A stretch of 62,225 nt of DNA, the filler included, from Chiloscyllium plagiosum (lineage: Eukaryota), in the NCBI RefSeq assembly GCF_004010195.1. It is 3 parts of one record of this genome, joined end to end, with 100 filler letters (N's around TTAATTAATTAA, not from the genome) between each part and the next. Parts side by side here need not be neighbours in the genome. Positions count along the whole stretch, not along the records: positions 27,205 to 53,839 come from NC_057714.1; 2 more parts are not named here. The stretch is one strand, 5' to 3'. The notes under the pieces are model-generated. The model did not search any database and had not been told where the DNA came from. It worked only from the letters and a program-made list of their open reading frames with translations. The first letter of the stretch is position 1. Every line of letters begins with the position of its first letter. Made by a program: the position numbers and the translations under genes. Below, piece by piece: positions 33,506 through 45,593 of this stretch.

Positions 33506-34756
33506 TTGGGAGCCTCCTGTGAAGCGCTTCTGTGATGTTTCCTCCGGCATTTATAGTGATTTGTATCTGCCGCTTCCGGTTGTCAGTTCCAGCTGTCCGC
33601 TGCAGTGGCCGGTATATTGGGTCCAGGTTGATGTGCTTATTGATTGAATCTGTGGATGAATGCCATGCCTCTAGGAATTCCCTGGCTGTTTTCTGTTTGG
33701 CTTGTCCTACAATAGTGGTGTTGTCCCAGTCGAACTCATGTTGCTTGTCATCTGAGTGTATGGCTAGTAAGGATAGTTGGTCGTGTCATTTCGTGGCTAG
33801 TTGGTGTTCATGGATGCGGATCATTGGCTGTTTTCCTGTTTGTCCTATGTAGTGTTTTGTGCAGTCCTTGCATGGGATTTTGTACACTACATTGGTTTTG
33901 CTCATGCTGAGTATCGGGTACTTCGTTCTGGTGAGTTGTTGTCTGAGTGTGGCTGTTGGTTTGTGTGCTGTTATGAGACCTAGTGGTCGCAGTAGTCTGG
34001 CTGTCAGTTCGGAAATGCTCTTGATGTATGGTAGTGTGGCTAGTCCTTTGGGTTGCGGCATGTCCTCGTTCCGTTGTCTTTCCCTTAGGCATCTGTTGAT
34101 GAAATTGCGCGGGTATCCGTTTTTGGCGAATACATTGTATAGGTGTTCTTCTTCCTCTTTTTGCAGTTCTGGTGTACTACAGTGTGTTGTGGGCCACTGC
34201 ATTCCGCAACCCAAAGGACTAGCCACACTACCATATACCAAGAGCATTTCCGAACTGACAGCCAGACTGCTGCGACCACTCGGACTCATAACAGCACACA
34301 AACCAACAGCCACTCTCAGACAACAACTCATCAGGACGAAGGACCCAATACTCAGCATGAGCAAAACCAATGTAGTGTACGAAGTCCCATGCAAGGACTG
34401 CACAAAATACTACATAGGACAAACAGGAAGACAGCTAATGATCCGCATCCATGAACACCAACTAGCCATGAAACGACACAACCAAATATCCTTACTAGCC
34501 ATACACTCAGATGACAAGCAACATGAGTTCGACTGGGGCAACACCACTATTATAGGACAAGCCAAACAGAAAACAGCCAGGGAATTCCTAGAGGCATGGC
34601 ATTCATCCACAGATTCAATCAATAAGCACATCGACCTGGACCCAATCTACCGACCACTGCAGCGGAAAACTGGAACTGACAACCGGAAGCGGCAGATACA
34701 AATCACTATAAATGCGGGAGGAAACATCACAGAAGTGCTTCACAGGAGGCTCCCAA

Positions 34757-34796
34757 GCACTGAGGATGTCACCTAGACAGGGGACGAAACGTCTGC
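34757..34796 (+). ncRNA. Minimal type-I hammerhead ribozyme, right pLTR
   Basis: GCA-CTGAGGA(34760-66)-T-GTCACCT-agac-AGGGGAC-GAAAC(34786-90)-GTC-TGC; predicted cut after 34793. Confidence 0.78.
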
Positions 34797-35189
34797 AACA
34801 CAAATTCCCAGCTCGGCGAACAGAACCACAACAACGAGCACCCGAGCTACAAATCTTCTCACAAACTTTGAATTAATGGGATGGCCACTTGGAGTAAAAA
34901 GATAAGGACAGGTGTCATTATATGAAATATATAAAGCAAAAAGAAAGTGTAGATGAAATTAATTATTGACAGCTTCCTCTTGGAGATAAGACAGAAACTG
35001 AAGAGTGAGTCAGACATGTACACCTACTTAGCAAAATGATAATTGTGGTCAGAAGAGCAAGAAAATGTATTTTAATTGATGGCACATAATGCATGGATAA
35101 ATTGATTCTAAAATAATGAAAGTGGTATTGGTGAAAGGAATAAAAATTAAAATTAAAATAATTGGGTTTAGATAGTTGAAGGCTCTAAG

Positions 35190-35410
35190 AAATTTTTTAT
35201 CACAGAGGACTGTTAAGACTATGTCATTAAGTTTATTTGAGGCTTAGGTACACAGATATTTATTCAACAAGAGAATCAAGGATTATGGGGAACAGAAAGG
35301 AAAGTGTAGTTGAGAATTATCAGATCAGCCATGATCTCATTGAATGCTGGACTTGATGGACTTGATGGACTGCATGACTTACTTCTGCACCTATGTCTGA
35401 TGGTCTTCAG
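35190..35410 (+). mobile_element. CR1 3' end fragment
   Basis: gaatcaaggattatgggg...gatcagccatgatctcattgaatg...acttctgcacctatgtc. Confidence 0.75.
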
Positions 35411-35614
35411 ACTATAGGGGCACAAAGGTGAAGGAAGAGCTGGAATATCTTTTAAGTCCACAAATAATTTGTTTCTGTAATTTTATGTACTGAAACCAGC
35501 CAACAATGCCCTTGGTATGCAACATCAGTCAAAGCCTTGGTTCAAGCTGTTGGCTTTATGTTTAGTAGTTGCCAAAAAGTTTAATATTAACTAATATCTT
35601 TAGTACATTGTATG

Positions 35615-36558
35615 CTATGCCCATTGATCCCTTTAACCCTAAGAATTATATCTAACTCCTTCTTGAAAACATTCAACATTTTGGCCTCAATTTCTTTCTG
35701 TGGCAAAGAATTTGACGGGCTCTCCACCTTGTGTGAAGAAATTTTTCATCTCAGTCCTAAATGTCGTACTCTATATGATTGCATTATGACCCTTGGTTGT
35801 GGACTGCCCGGTTATCAGGAACATCCTTCCAGCGTTTACCCTGTCTGGTCCTGTTAGAATTTAAGAGGTTCCTGAGCTCCCTTCATTCTTCCAAATTCCA
35901 GTGAATATAATCCTAACCGATCCAGTATCTTTTTGTACTTCATTTCTGCCATCCCAGGATTCAATTTGACAAACCTTTGTTATATCCCCTTCCATAGCCA
36001 GAACATCCTTCCTCAGATAAAGAGACCAAATCTGCACACAATACTCCAGGTGCTTTCCCTCGACCATCCTATATATTTGCAGCAAGATATCCCTGCTCCT
36101 ATACTCGAATTCTCTCGCTACGAAGGTCAATACATCATTTGCCTTCTTCAGCACCTGCTGCATTCACATGTTTACTTTCAACAACAGTTGGACAAGGACA
36201 CCCAGGTCTTGTTGCACCATCCCTTTTCCAACCTATCACCTTTTTCTTGCTACCAAAGTGGATTACCTCACATTTATCCAGAGTATGCTTCAGCCGTAAT
36301 GCATTTGCCCACTCACTTGTCTAATTATAGAAGCCTCTGTGCATCCTTCTCACAATTCAGTCTCCCACTCAACTTTTTGTCATCTGCAAACTGGAGATAT
36401 TACGTTTAGTTCCCTTACCTAAATCATTAATATACGTTGTAAATAGCTGGAGTCTAAGCACCGACCCCTGCGATAACCCATCAATCACCACTTGCCACTC
36501 AGAAAAAGACTCATTTAGGAATCAGTTCTCTATCCATGTTCATTCACTACCCCAATTG
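35615..36558 (-). mobile_element. CR1 ORF2 3' remnant
   Basis: KKANDVLTFVAREFEYRSRDILLQIYR...HLEYCVQIWS; SKFADD-type motif near 36380. Confidence 0.85.
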
Positions 36559-36763
36559 TTGTCTGTTGTATTGACTTTTACCTAGCAGAGGCTGAAAAGC
36601 AACCCTCCAATACTTGCTTGTACCTGTTCATGGACCACGACTTCATTATTGAATATAAAGCCATTGTGTTGCTGACCTTATCTCCACGGAAGCTCTTCCG
36701 TCTGCAGCTTCTATCCCGAACAAACCAAACCTACCTCTGTTCCAAATTCCATCAGCAAGATTG

Positions 36764-37552
36764 TTGCAATTGTACCAGCCTCCATCACTTCCTCTGGCAG
36801 CTCATTCCATACACATACCACCCTCTGAGTGAAAAAGTTGCCCATTAGGTCTCTCTTATATATTTCCCATCTCACCCTAAACCTATGCCCTCCAGGTCTG
36901 GACTCACTCACCCCAGGGAAAAGACTTGGTCTATTTATCCTAAAACATGCCCCTCATAATTTTGTAAGCCTCTAAAAGATCACCACTCAGCCTCCAATGC
37001 TCCAGGGAAAATAGCCCCAGCCTATTCAGCCTCTCCCTATAGCTCAAATCCTCCAACCCTGGCAACATCCTTGTAAATCTTTTCTGAACCCTTTCAAGTT
37101 TCACAACATCTTTCCAATAGGAAGGAAACCAGAATTGCAAGCAATATTCCAACAGTTGCCTAACCAATGTCCTGTACAGCCGCAACATGACCTCCGAACT
37201 CCTTTAATCAATATTCTGACCAATAAAGGAAAGCATACCAAACGCCTTCCTCACCATCCTATCTACCTGCGACTCCACTTTCAAGGAGCTATGAACCTGC
37301 ACTTCAAGGTCTCTTTGTTCAGCAACACTCCCTAGGACCTTACCATTAAATGTATAAGTTCTGCTAAGATTTGCTTTCCCAAAATGCAGCACCTAACATT
37401 TATCTATATTAAACTCCATCTGCCTCTTCTCAGCCCATTGACCCATCTGGTCAAGATCCCATTGTAAGCTGAGGTAACCTTCTTCGCTGTCCAGTACACC
37501 TCCAATTTTGGTGTCATCTGCAAACTTACTAACTATACCTCTTATGCTCAAG
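36764..37552 (-). mobile_element. CR1 ORF2 3' fragment
   Basis: VSKFADDTKIGG; LHFGKANLSRTY; YRTLVRQLLEYCLQFW; NFFTQRVVCVWNELP. Confidence 0.9.
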
Positions 37553-37904
37553 AGTGGGAGATCATTTCCTCTTTTCTGCCAACTAAGGCCCAAACATCAA
37601 TTCCAGGTGGAACAGCAATTTACTTGTACTGCTTTTCGACGGAGCATACTGTATTCATGTTGCACAATGTGATTTCCTGTACTCTGGGGAGGCAAAGCAT
37701 GACTGCTTTGTGTGACATCTCCATTCAGTCCCCAAGTATAACCCCAGTCATTTTAATTCACTACTCTGACCTTTCTGTCTATGGAGTGCGAAAATATTCC
37801 AAAGCAGTTTGATACAAGATCAAAGAATAGCATATTATGTTCTGACTAAACACTCATTGTTGAATTCAACAACTAAAGATCCAGGGAATACAAGATGAAT
37901 GATA

Positions 37905-38520
37905 GCACCCTGTGAAGCACCAAGAATTGGAGAGACCTTGGTGTGTATGTCCACCGGTCCCTGAATGAAATGGGACTGGTCGATAAAGTGGTTAAGAAGG
38001 CTTATGGGATACTTTATTAGTGTTTAAGAGAAAGAAGGCAATGCTGGAAGTGTTCGAAAACATTGATTAGGCTACAGCTAGAGTACTGTATGCAGTTCTG
38101 GAATCCATATTATAGGAAGGATGTGATTCCACTGGAGAGGGTGCAGAGGAGATTTACGGGATGTGCCTGGGCTGGAAAGTTTAAGCTTACAAAGAGAGAT
38201 TAGATCAACTGGAGTTGGTTTCCTTGGACCAGAGAGGATTAAGGAGAACACGATAGTGATGTATAAAATTATGTGCAACATAAGGTTGACGGAAGGAAAC
38301 CTTTGCCCTTGGTAGAGGGATCAATGACCAGGGACATAGATTTAAAATAAGGGGCAGGAGGTAGAAATCTTCAGAACATTTAAGTAGTATCTAGATGTAC
38401 ACTTGCGATAGCAAAACACAAAAATACAAGATTATAGATCAAGTGCTGGAAAATGGGATTAAAATAGATGGCTGTTTTAGACCAGCACAGACTCATTGGG
38501 CCAAAGGCCCTTTTAATGTG
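37905..38520 (+). mobile_element. CR1 3' fragment
   Basis: RDLGVYVH, LEYCMQFWNPYYRKDV remnants and 3' UTR. Confidence 0.8.
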
Positions 38521-39738
38521 TTATCGTTTCCACCTTGTTCTGTGTGGTTTTTCTGGGATTTTTCCTACTGGCTTGTTTCTTATACTCAGCTGACTGCTAT
38601 ACAGTTGTGCACAAAACATCTGGACACAACTTTGCCTGTTTATTGCATCCATTACCACACCTTTTGGCTTTTGTGTCATGAAATCTTTTAATATTTGATC
38701 TCTTCTACCCTTCAAACTATCTCAGCCTCCCTTTGGTTTACCTGTCTTGCCACCCATTCTATTGGCTAAAAGCTTACATTGTTTCTGTGCTGAATACCTC
38801 TACGACTCTATCAAGTGGAAACGTTAATTCTGTTTTTCTCTATAGATGTTGCTTAGCCAGCTGATTATTTGACTTCTTAAAATTTCAGTAGTTGAGCTCT
38901 TATCAAAATTAGACAATAGGCACTCTGTTCCTTCTAAAGGAAAGTAATTGCCTGCAGAACTTGTATAGAGTTTAAAAGTGGGAGCTCTTATTCTTTTCTT
39001 GACCATTGCAATTATAATAGGCTGCATTCCAAATAAAAAAATCATTGTTGGAAGTTGTCACATTTCAAAAAGTATTATTACCATTTGAGATTATTTTGTA
39101 TCTTTAACATAAGATTATTTTGTATCAGTGCAGACCTTGTAGGTCTGGAGAAATATTGTAGAAATGAAATCAGCACTGAAAGGGTTTAAAATAAAATTGC
39201 TTTCCTGGACATGAAGTAACCATAGGAGCATTACAGAAGTTAAATGAGCTACAATCTGGACACAGCTTTTACTGTGTAAAGCACGCTTATAAGTTTTAGG
39301 CCAAAGAAGATCAAACAGTAAATGACAGGATCTCCCTGGAGCTGCCCTATGTGGAATAAATATGCATTGAATCATTTCCCTTGTGTTGCTTGTTACTATT
39401 TTAAAAATGTAGATTGAAAAGCACAGCTGTTCTATTGCAATTTGAAAAGAATTCCTAGAAACCTCTGTAGACATTTATCAATGGGTAATAATGAATGCTG
39501 GTTCATACGTCAGGGTACAATATGCAAACTAAAAAGCTCATGTCCTCACCCGAGTGTCCCACTTTGCTGTCTTAGTTTTGGTGTAAATTTGTAATTAATA
39601 GAAACTTAACTTAGATATAAGGTTATAATATCCAATGAGGAACAGACTTCCTCCAACTTTCGTGATATGAAAGCGAAATGGGTTTGGTGAGTTTGGACAT
39701 GTGTGCCACATTTAGCTGTAAAAGTAGTAGCAACTTAG

Positions 39739-39913
39739 CATCTGTGGAGAAAAATCAGAGTTAAACTTTCAGGTCCAGCAATCCTTCTTCAGAACTTCTC
39801 AGACCGTTCCTCACTCAACCTGAAATTTTAACTGTCATTTCTCTCTACAGATGCTGCCAGGCTTTTCCAGCAGTTTCTGATTTACAGTATCTGCAGTTCT
39901 TTTGGTTTTTATT
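39739..39913. mobile_element. Older PLE-derived foldback element with 11-bp TSD
   Basis: TSD tagcaacttag at 39728-39738 and 39914-39924. Left arm on minus reads gtt-CTGAAGA-aggattgctggacct-GAAA-gttt-aac; right arm carries the full tail. Confidence 0.75.
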
Positions 39914-40319
39914 TAGCAACTTAGATTATTTCACCATGGTCCAACTTTAATTCCGGTTGCATAGAAACTCTGCGATTTAACCTCAACAGGTTTCTTTATT
40001 AAAAAGCTATGAAAATGTACATTCTGCTTTTTTATTGTGATTTATATACTGAGTGTCATTTGTACACATTGCACAAGTTCACTTCTGAAAGGTTAGAACA
40101 GCAAAGTGATCCAAACCAACCTAACACTTCCTAACTACTTGCATCTAATAAAGGAAATCCATGGAGAGAGCAGGTTTGTATGTGTCAAACATGGTTATTA
40201 GAAGTCATATTTTAGACAACCACAGGATGACAACAGAAGAAAAACTGAAATAGTACATCCTCCCTGGGAATTTCTTCTAAAAATTCATAACAAGCTTGTT
40301 AGATAAGTGCAAAAATCAA

Positions 40320-41115
40320 AAAACATAAGGTAACTCTTGCCTATTGCAGCATTATATTCCAAAGCACTTCACAGGAGTGTAATGAATCAAGCACATATTA
40401 GAGTTGGTATTTAAAAGTTTGATCAAAAAGATAGGTTCTGAGAATCACCTTAAAAGAGTTGAGAAATGTAGAAAGGCATAGAGATTTCTGGAGGGAATTC
40501 CAAAGGCTAAAATCTATGTAGCTGAAGGCATGGTCACCAGTGGTGACCAGTGGTGAAGCAATTACAATTGAAGCTGTCAAGATGTATCGGAGGGTTGTAG
40601 AGCTGGTGGAGGTTGCAATCCATGGAGGAATTTGAAAATAAGAAGAACTTTAAAATTGAAGCAATCACATCCTGTAGTGCATCAGTGGGCACAGGGCTGT
40701 GCAGAACTTGATATTGGAAACAGACTTTTGGATAAACCTAATTTTATGAAGAATAGCCAGGATTGCTTTGGAAAAGCCAGATCCCAAGGTAAAAGAAGTG
40801 TGTATGAGAGTTTAAACAGCAGACAAGCTACAGTCAAGCAGAATCAAATGCTGGTTCCAGAGATTTAAGTAGCTGATCAGATGGTGCAGATGTATGATTA
40901 GGGCATATGGTTAACCCTGGCAGTTGCCAAAAGGAAGAATGGATTTGGTGGCTTGGGAACTAAATTTGTGGTAATGATGAAAGGTAAAGGCTTCAGGCCT
41001 CCTGAATGTTTGTTGAAGGAAATGTCTTCTCATCTAGTACTGAATGTCAAACAAGAAATGCGATTAGATAGAGTGAAGGTGTCATAAGAGGTCGTAGGGA
41101 AGTATAACTGGGTAT
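40320..41115 (-). mobile_element. L2-like LINE 3' remnant
   Basis: GDHAFSY....LWNSL...SFKVILRTYLFDQTF (L2-type C-terminus). Confidence 0.7.
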
Positions 41116-42505
41116 ATAGCAGAACAAAATATAAAATGGATTTTTGAAAATACCGTGCACATTTGGACGTAACAGCTATTAGATATAAGGCATCACTACA
41201 TGCATCACATATCTAAATGTATCAACGGATACCAGAAATATCTTAGGATTTATGCTCTGATCTGTACTAGGTCAGGGCATTTCATCAAGATTGGAAACAG
41301 GGCCATTATAATTAGCTTCAGTACCCTGGGCAATGAAGGGATGAAAAAACAACTAGAGTTCCCACTTGTAAACAAAAATCTAGTAACATCTGCTGGAAAT
41401 TATACATGTGGGTATCAATGAGGACAGGATCAGGTTCAGCTTGACACTCCAATAATTGATATCTTAGAAACATTCGTTGGTATACTCAGATACAAAGTTT
41501 TTCTTAGGTGAGGCTTTGGAGGGCTGCTGGCATATGTGTAACATAATGTGGCAAGAATCAGTGCCATTAACACAGGAAAAGGATGAACCAAGGGCCCTAA
41601 GAAAAACACACCACCTTAAATCTTAGCTTCCAATTCAGTTTCAAATTTAATTAACAAATCATATGAGTCAACATTGAAATGTCTTGCAAGTTTGTCACAA
41701 GACAAGTGAAAAGATTCTCAATTGTTTACAAAAGATCAAGCTAATTTGAACAAGAACACTGTGACATGACTACAATTATGTTGCAGATGAGGTTGCCGAA
41801 CCTAATAATCTATTTCTAGCTATTTTAAATAGGCTTCCCACAGTAATAAAAAAAATAGGAATATTCTTCCAATGAGCAAATTAAAAGAAAAAGCAGTTGT
41901 TGGAAAAGAAAGCTTGATAACATGAATCACGAGCTCTGGTTCAGTGTCTCGATCAGTAACTTTGAATACTTTCCCCTACAATATCAGAGCAAATACTAAG
42001 AATTGGAGCAACAGAAGAAGTTGTAGAAATGTTCAACCAAAATAATCTCTCTGCCTCGCATGCTGCAAGACAGGCAATAGATAGACTCGTTAATGCACTT
42101 ATTCATACATGTATGTAGGTCTTTGAGATCTGAGCTGAACATTTAGTAATATATCTGCATTCCTTTTGTTGTAAAAGGTTTTCATTGAACATGGTGACGG
42201 TAAAATGCCGGTAAAGGCACAAAATCAGAAAATTAATCTCACTGTTCTAATTATCATGACTCAAGTTATCCATCTTCTATGAGCTGGCAAGAGTGGACAC
42301 TGGCAAGTTTAAACTCAAAATTACTGACAGAAACATACAACAAACATGTATAAATAACTCATAAAGAATGAACTCCATCGTCACTGTCCTTCTTAAATTG
42401 ACAGAAAGGAACTACCTTATTTGGGAACTTTGAACTACTCAGTTCAGATACTCATTTGTGAAATTATGGTAATTGAAACAAGTTCCTTGATTAAACAACA
42501 CTGGA

Positions 42506-42824
42506 TCATAGAATCCCTGCAGTGTGGAAGGAGGCCATTCAGCCATCGAGTTTGTACTGACCATCCAATGAGGATCCCACCCAGACATGGCCCCCTATCT
42601 GTATCCCCACATTTACCACAGCTAATCCTACATATTACGGACAATTATAGCATAACCAATCCACCTAACTCACACATCTTTGGACATTTGCATCGAGCCA
42701 AAAACGACTCTGACACAGGGAGAATGTACAAACTCCATGTAGACAGTCACCCAAGGGTAGAATTGAGCCCAGGTCCCTGATGCTGTGAGACAGCAGTGTA
42801 AACCACTGAGCCACCATGTCACCT
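42506..42824 (-). mobile_element. HE1-type SINE (diverged)
   Basis: catagaatccctgcagtgtgg tail; gggagaatgtacaaactcca V-domain; tRNA head aaccactgagccacc. Confidence 0.8.
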
Positions 42825-44789
42825 GTAGATATGTATCATCTTGTTGGCATTTAAAGAGAAAAAAAGATTTTTGTTAATATCAATTATCAGATCATAGGAA
42901 GGATGCACTGAGACTTTACAGAAAGTGGATGTTATTTATTTCATTGCTGAGACTCAGAATTATAATGTATCCGCTTGAAGTTACAAGCAGATTTTTAAAA
43001 TATTTATTCCCAAAAAGTAATTTACGAAACATGATTTTATTTATATGGTAGAGAAAGACCATCCTATTTACTATATAGTATTTGAAGTGTTTCACAGAGG
43101 TACAAGGGAAAAAAGAAATACAAAGGCAGAGAAGAAGAAGTGACCAGGAGTTGGATCAAAGAGGTGGAAGTGTGGTTGGGTTTAGCACAGCCAGCAATGG
43201 TAACGTAGAAGGAGAGGGATGCACAACAGGCGAAGCTCAGAGAAGAGTCATGTGTCTGAAGGTTGTCAAATAACATGTTACATAGATAAGGAGATGGAGG
43301 CCATGGGCAAGTTCAACACAACCAATCAAGTTCTTAATTTGATAGACTGGGTAACTAAGAATCAGTACAGGTTGGCAAAGTCAGGGACGTTGTGTAAATG
43401 AGACTTGGTTGGGCAAAAGAATGAGCTGGAGTGTTTAAAGGGCTGAGAATTGGGAGGTTGGCTGAGAGCATTCTAATAGTTGGGTCTGTAGGTGATAGTA
43501 ATAGATGAGCAATTCACCAACAAACTGAGGCAGAGTGCAGGATGGACAATATTAGATAAGTAGAAACAGGTGTTCTGTGTGATAAAGAAAAAGGAACAAG
43601 AACAGATCCACACCCAATTCCAGAATTAATGCTGTGAGGTTGGGCATGGAAACCTTTGGTGGAGTTACTCTGGAAATAATCAGATAGCTAGTAGTGGAAT
43701 CAGCAATGATATTCCAAGGGCTATTGAGCAAAGCATATTTGTTCAAACTGGATTTTGAAACATATTAAAATCACAAATCCCGTTCTGAGAAGTGTTTTCG
43801 GAGTTATGAGGAGAGATTATACAAATTAGGCCTGTTTTCTTTATAATTTAGAAGGTTAAGAGTGATCTGATTGAAGTCTTCAAGATAATAATAGGCAAAT
43901 AAAAGAAAAAGAAAAACCAATTTCACTGGTTGGAGTTTCTCAAACTGGGGGGCATAGTCTGTAAATTAGGTGAAAAACAACTGCAAGTGAGAATTTACTG
44001 TATGTGCAGCCACATTGTCGATCTGCACATATCTTCAGCAGAAACTCAGAAGCATTCAATTCATGATGTCAACAACAACTGAAAACGTTGTTACTCATGA
44101 CACAAGTATGGGGAACATGGGAAAGTGGTACAAATTTTCATACTTTGCAATGTGATTTAATAAACTTATTAGCATAACATTTATACAATACCAGTGTGCA
44201 CACAGAATTTGAAGTACAACATTTATCTTTCCCTCCACTTCAATGAAGAGTAACTGCAGCTCAATCAAAGATAGAGACAGGTTGTTTGGATTGCTGAAAT
44301 GCTTTTGACTATAGTAGTTTGAATCTTTGGTCATTGGGAAAAGAGACACATTGCTTTGTATTAGTTATAGAGTGGGTGTGCAATGAATAACATGGGGAGT
44401 ATTTTGAGTGGAGATTTCAGTTTATGTTTTAATATATTTCCAGTTCCACGTCCCTTTTCATTATTATCCTTCGCCTTGGCCAGCAATACTCCAATCCTAT
44501 GAGTATCAATTAAAAAACGTGTAGCTACCTTTCTGTTGCAAAGCATTTTGTCGGAGATCAGCCACATATTGATAGGCCATTGCTAAAATGCATAGATACT
44601 TGCCAGTCTGTTTAAGGAGGCAGACAAGATGTTCATACATAGCAAATTTAAACTTTACTTTGGAAAATAGCAAAATAAAAATTTTTTTTAGATTTTTAGT
44701 TATTTTTTATATTGGTCACAACACAGAGACATACACCCAAACCAAATCAGCCTTGCCTCCTCCATATTTGCAATGCAATAAATTAAAAC

Positions 44790-45593
44790 GTTTAAAGACT
44801 CTCAAAACTGACCCCAATGGTTCGTAAGCAGATTTTTTGAATAACCAATCCCAGACTTAGCAAATAATCAATTCTCAACACCAATTTGTAGCTTAAACAA
44901 AAGACGTATTCATTTACAATACAATAACTTTCATAGAGCAAAATTTAACAAAGTAATCTAATTAGTCTACGCTATAAACACAAAAATCTTAATTTTCAGA
45001 CTCATTCACTCAAAATATAGACAGACAGACAAACAAACATAGTCATGGGATAAATAACAGAAAAGAGCAAAACTGGCTAGATTACTTTAGTGGTTTTCAC
45101 TATACAGTGTTCCACAGGTAGAGATGATGGTTTCTTGACTGATTTTCTGTTCTCTTAAATTCTAAGAGCTGATAAGGGAGGTTAGGCAGGGAGTGTTCAA
45201 TCTTCATGTTATAACATCAATGTCCAATTTTTTTTCACCAGAACACACCCAAACCCAATTCAAACTCTGACCACTCCCTGTCAGACTGAGTGTCTCCTCC
45301 ACAAGGTCCCAGTTATCATGCAAAATCTGAGTTTCTGCTGTCTGTTTAAACAATAATGCTCTTCCGCAGTGATGAGGAATCCATAGAACCTCTTGATGAA
45401 GAACCCAACCTGCAAATTAACTTCTCGGCCTGGAGTCATGAATAAATAAAAGCTTGTTGGGTCTGTTTTCCTTTTAACACAAGTCGTTATCCACAGTCCA
45501 AAGGTTATCTTTAGCTTATAGTTCCCAGATCACAGCTTTAACCCAAACTGATCAAAGAATAAAAACAATGAAAATTCAGCTATGGTTCTAACA
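44790..45593 (-). mobile_element. Probable solo LTR
   Basis: TGTTAG start on minus at 45593; A-rich on plus (T-rich U5-like on minus); non-coding. Confidence 0.4.

Larger units (their letters stand above)
33431..34871. mobile_element. Penelope-like element as a head-to-head inverted duplication of its 3' part (GIY-YIG endonuclease + pLTR), 12-bp TSD
   Basis: Both arms encode ...NVVY(K/E)(I/V)PCKDCTK.YIGQTG...RIHEH...REFLEAWHSSTDSINKH. Left arm is on minus (with extra NGYPRNFI segment), right arm on plus. TSD attaatgggatg at 33419-33430 and 34872-34883. Confidence 0.95.
36560..38880 (+). mobile_element. Decayed second-lineage PLE (Neptune-like): RT start, GIY-YIG and 3' UTR, split by two CR1 insertions
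   Basis: 36600-36763 resembles DHD...EYKAIV...YL.PKIHKQD. 37600-37875 resembles FQV.QQFTC....YCI.C..C..LY.GE.K and ...EQH..F.L....EFNN. 38540-38880 is a pyrimidine-rich UTR ending gaaacgttaattctgtttttctctatagatgttgc. Confidence 0.6.

Noticed and set aside
33859..34776. 305-aa ORF as a novel gene
   Set aside because: The N-terminal third is the antisense reading of the left Penelope arm; only the C-terminal part is real GIY-YIG sequence.
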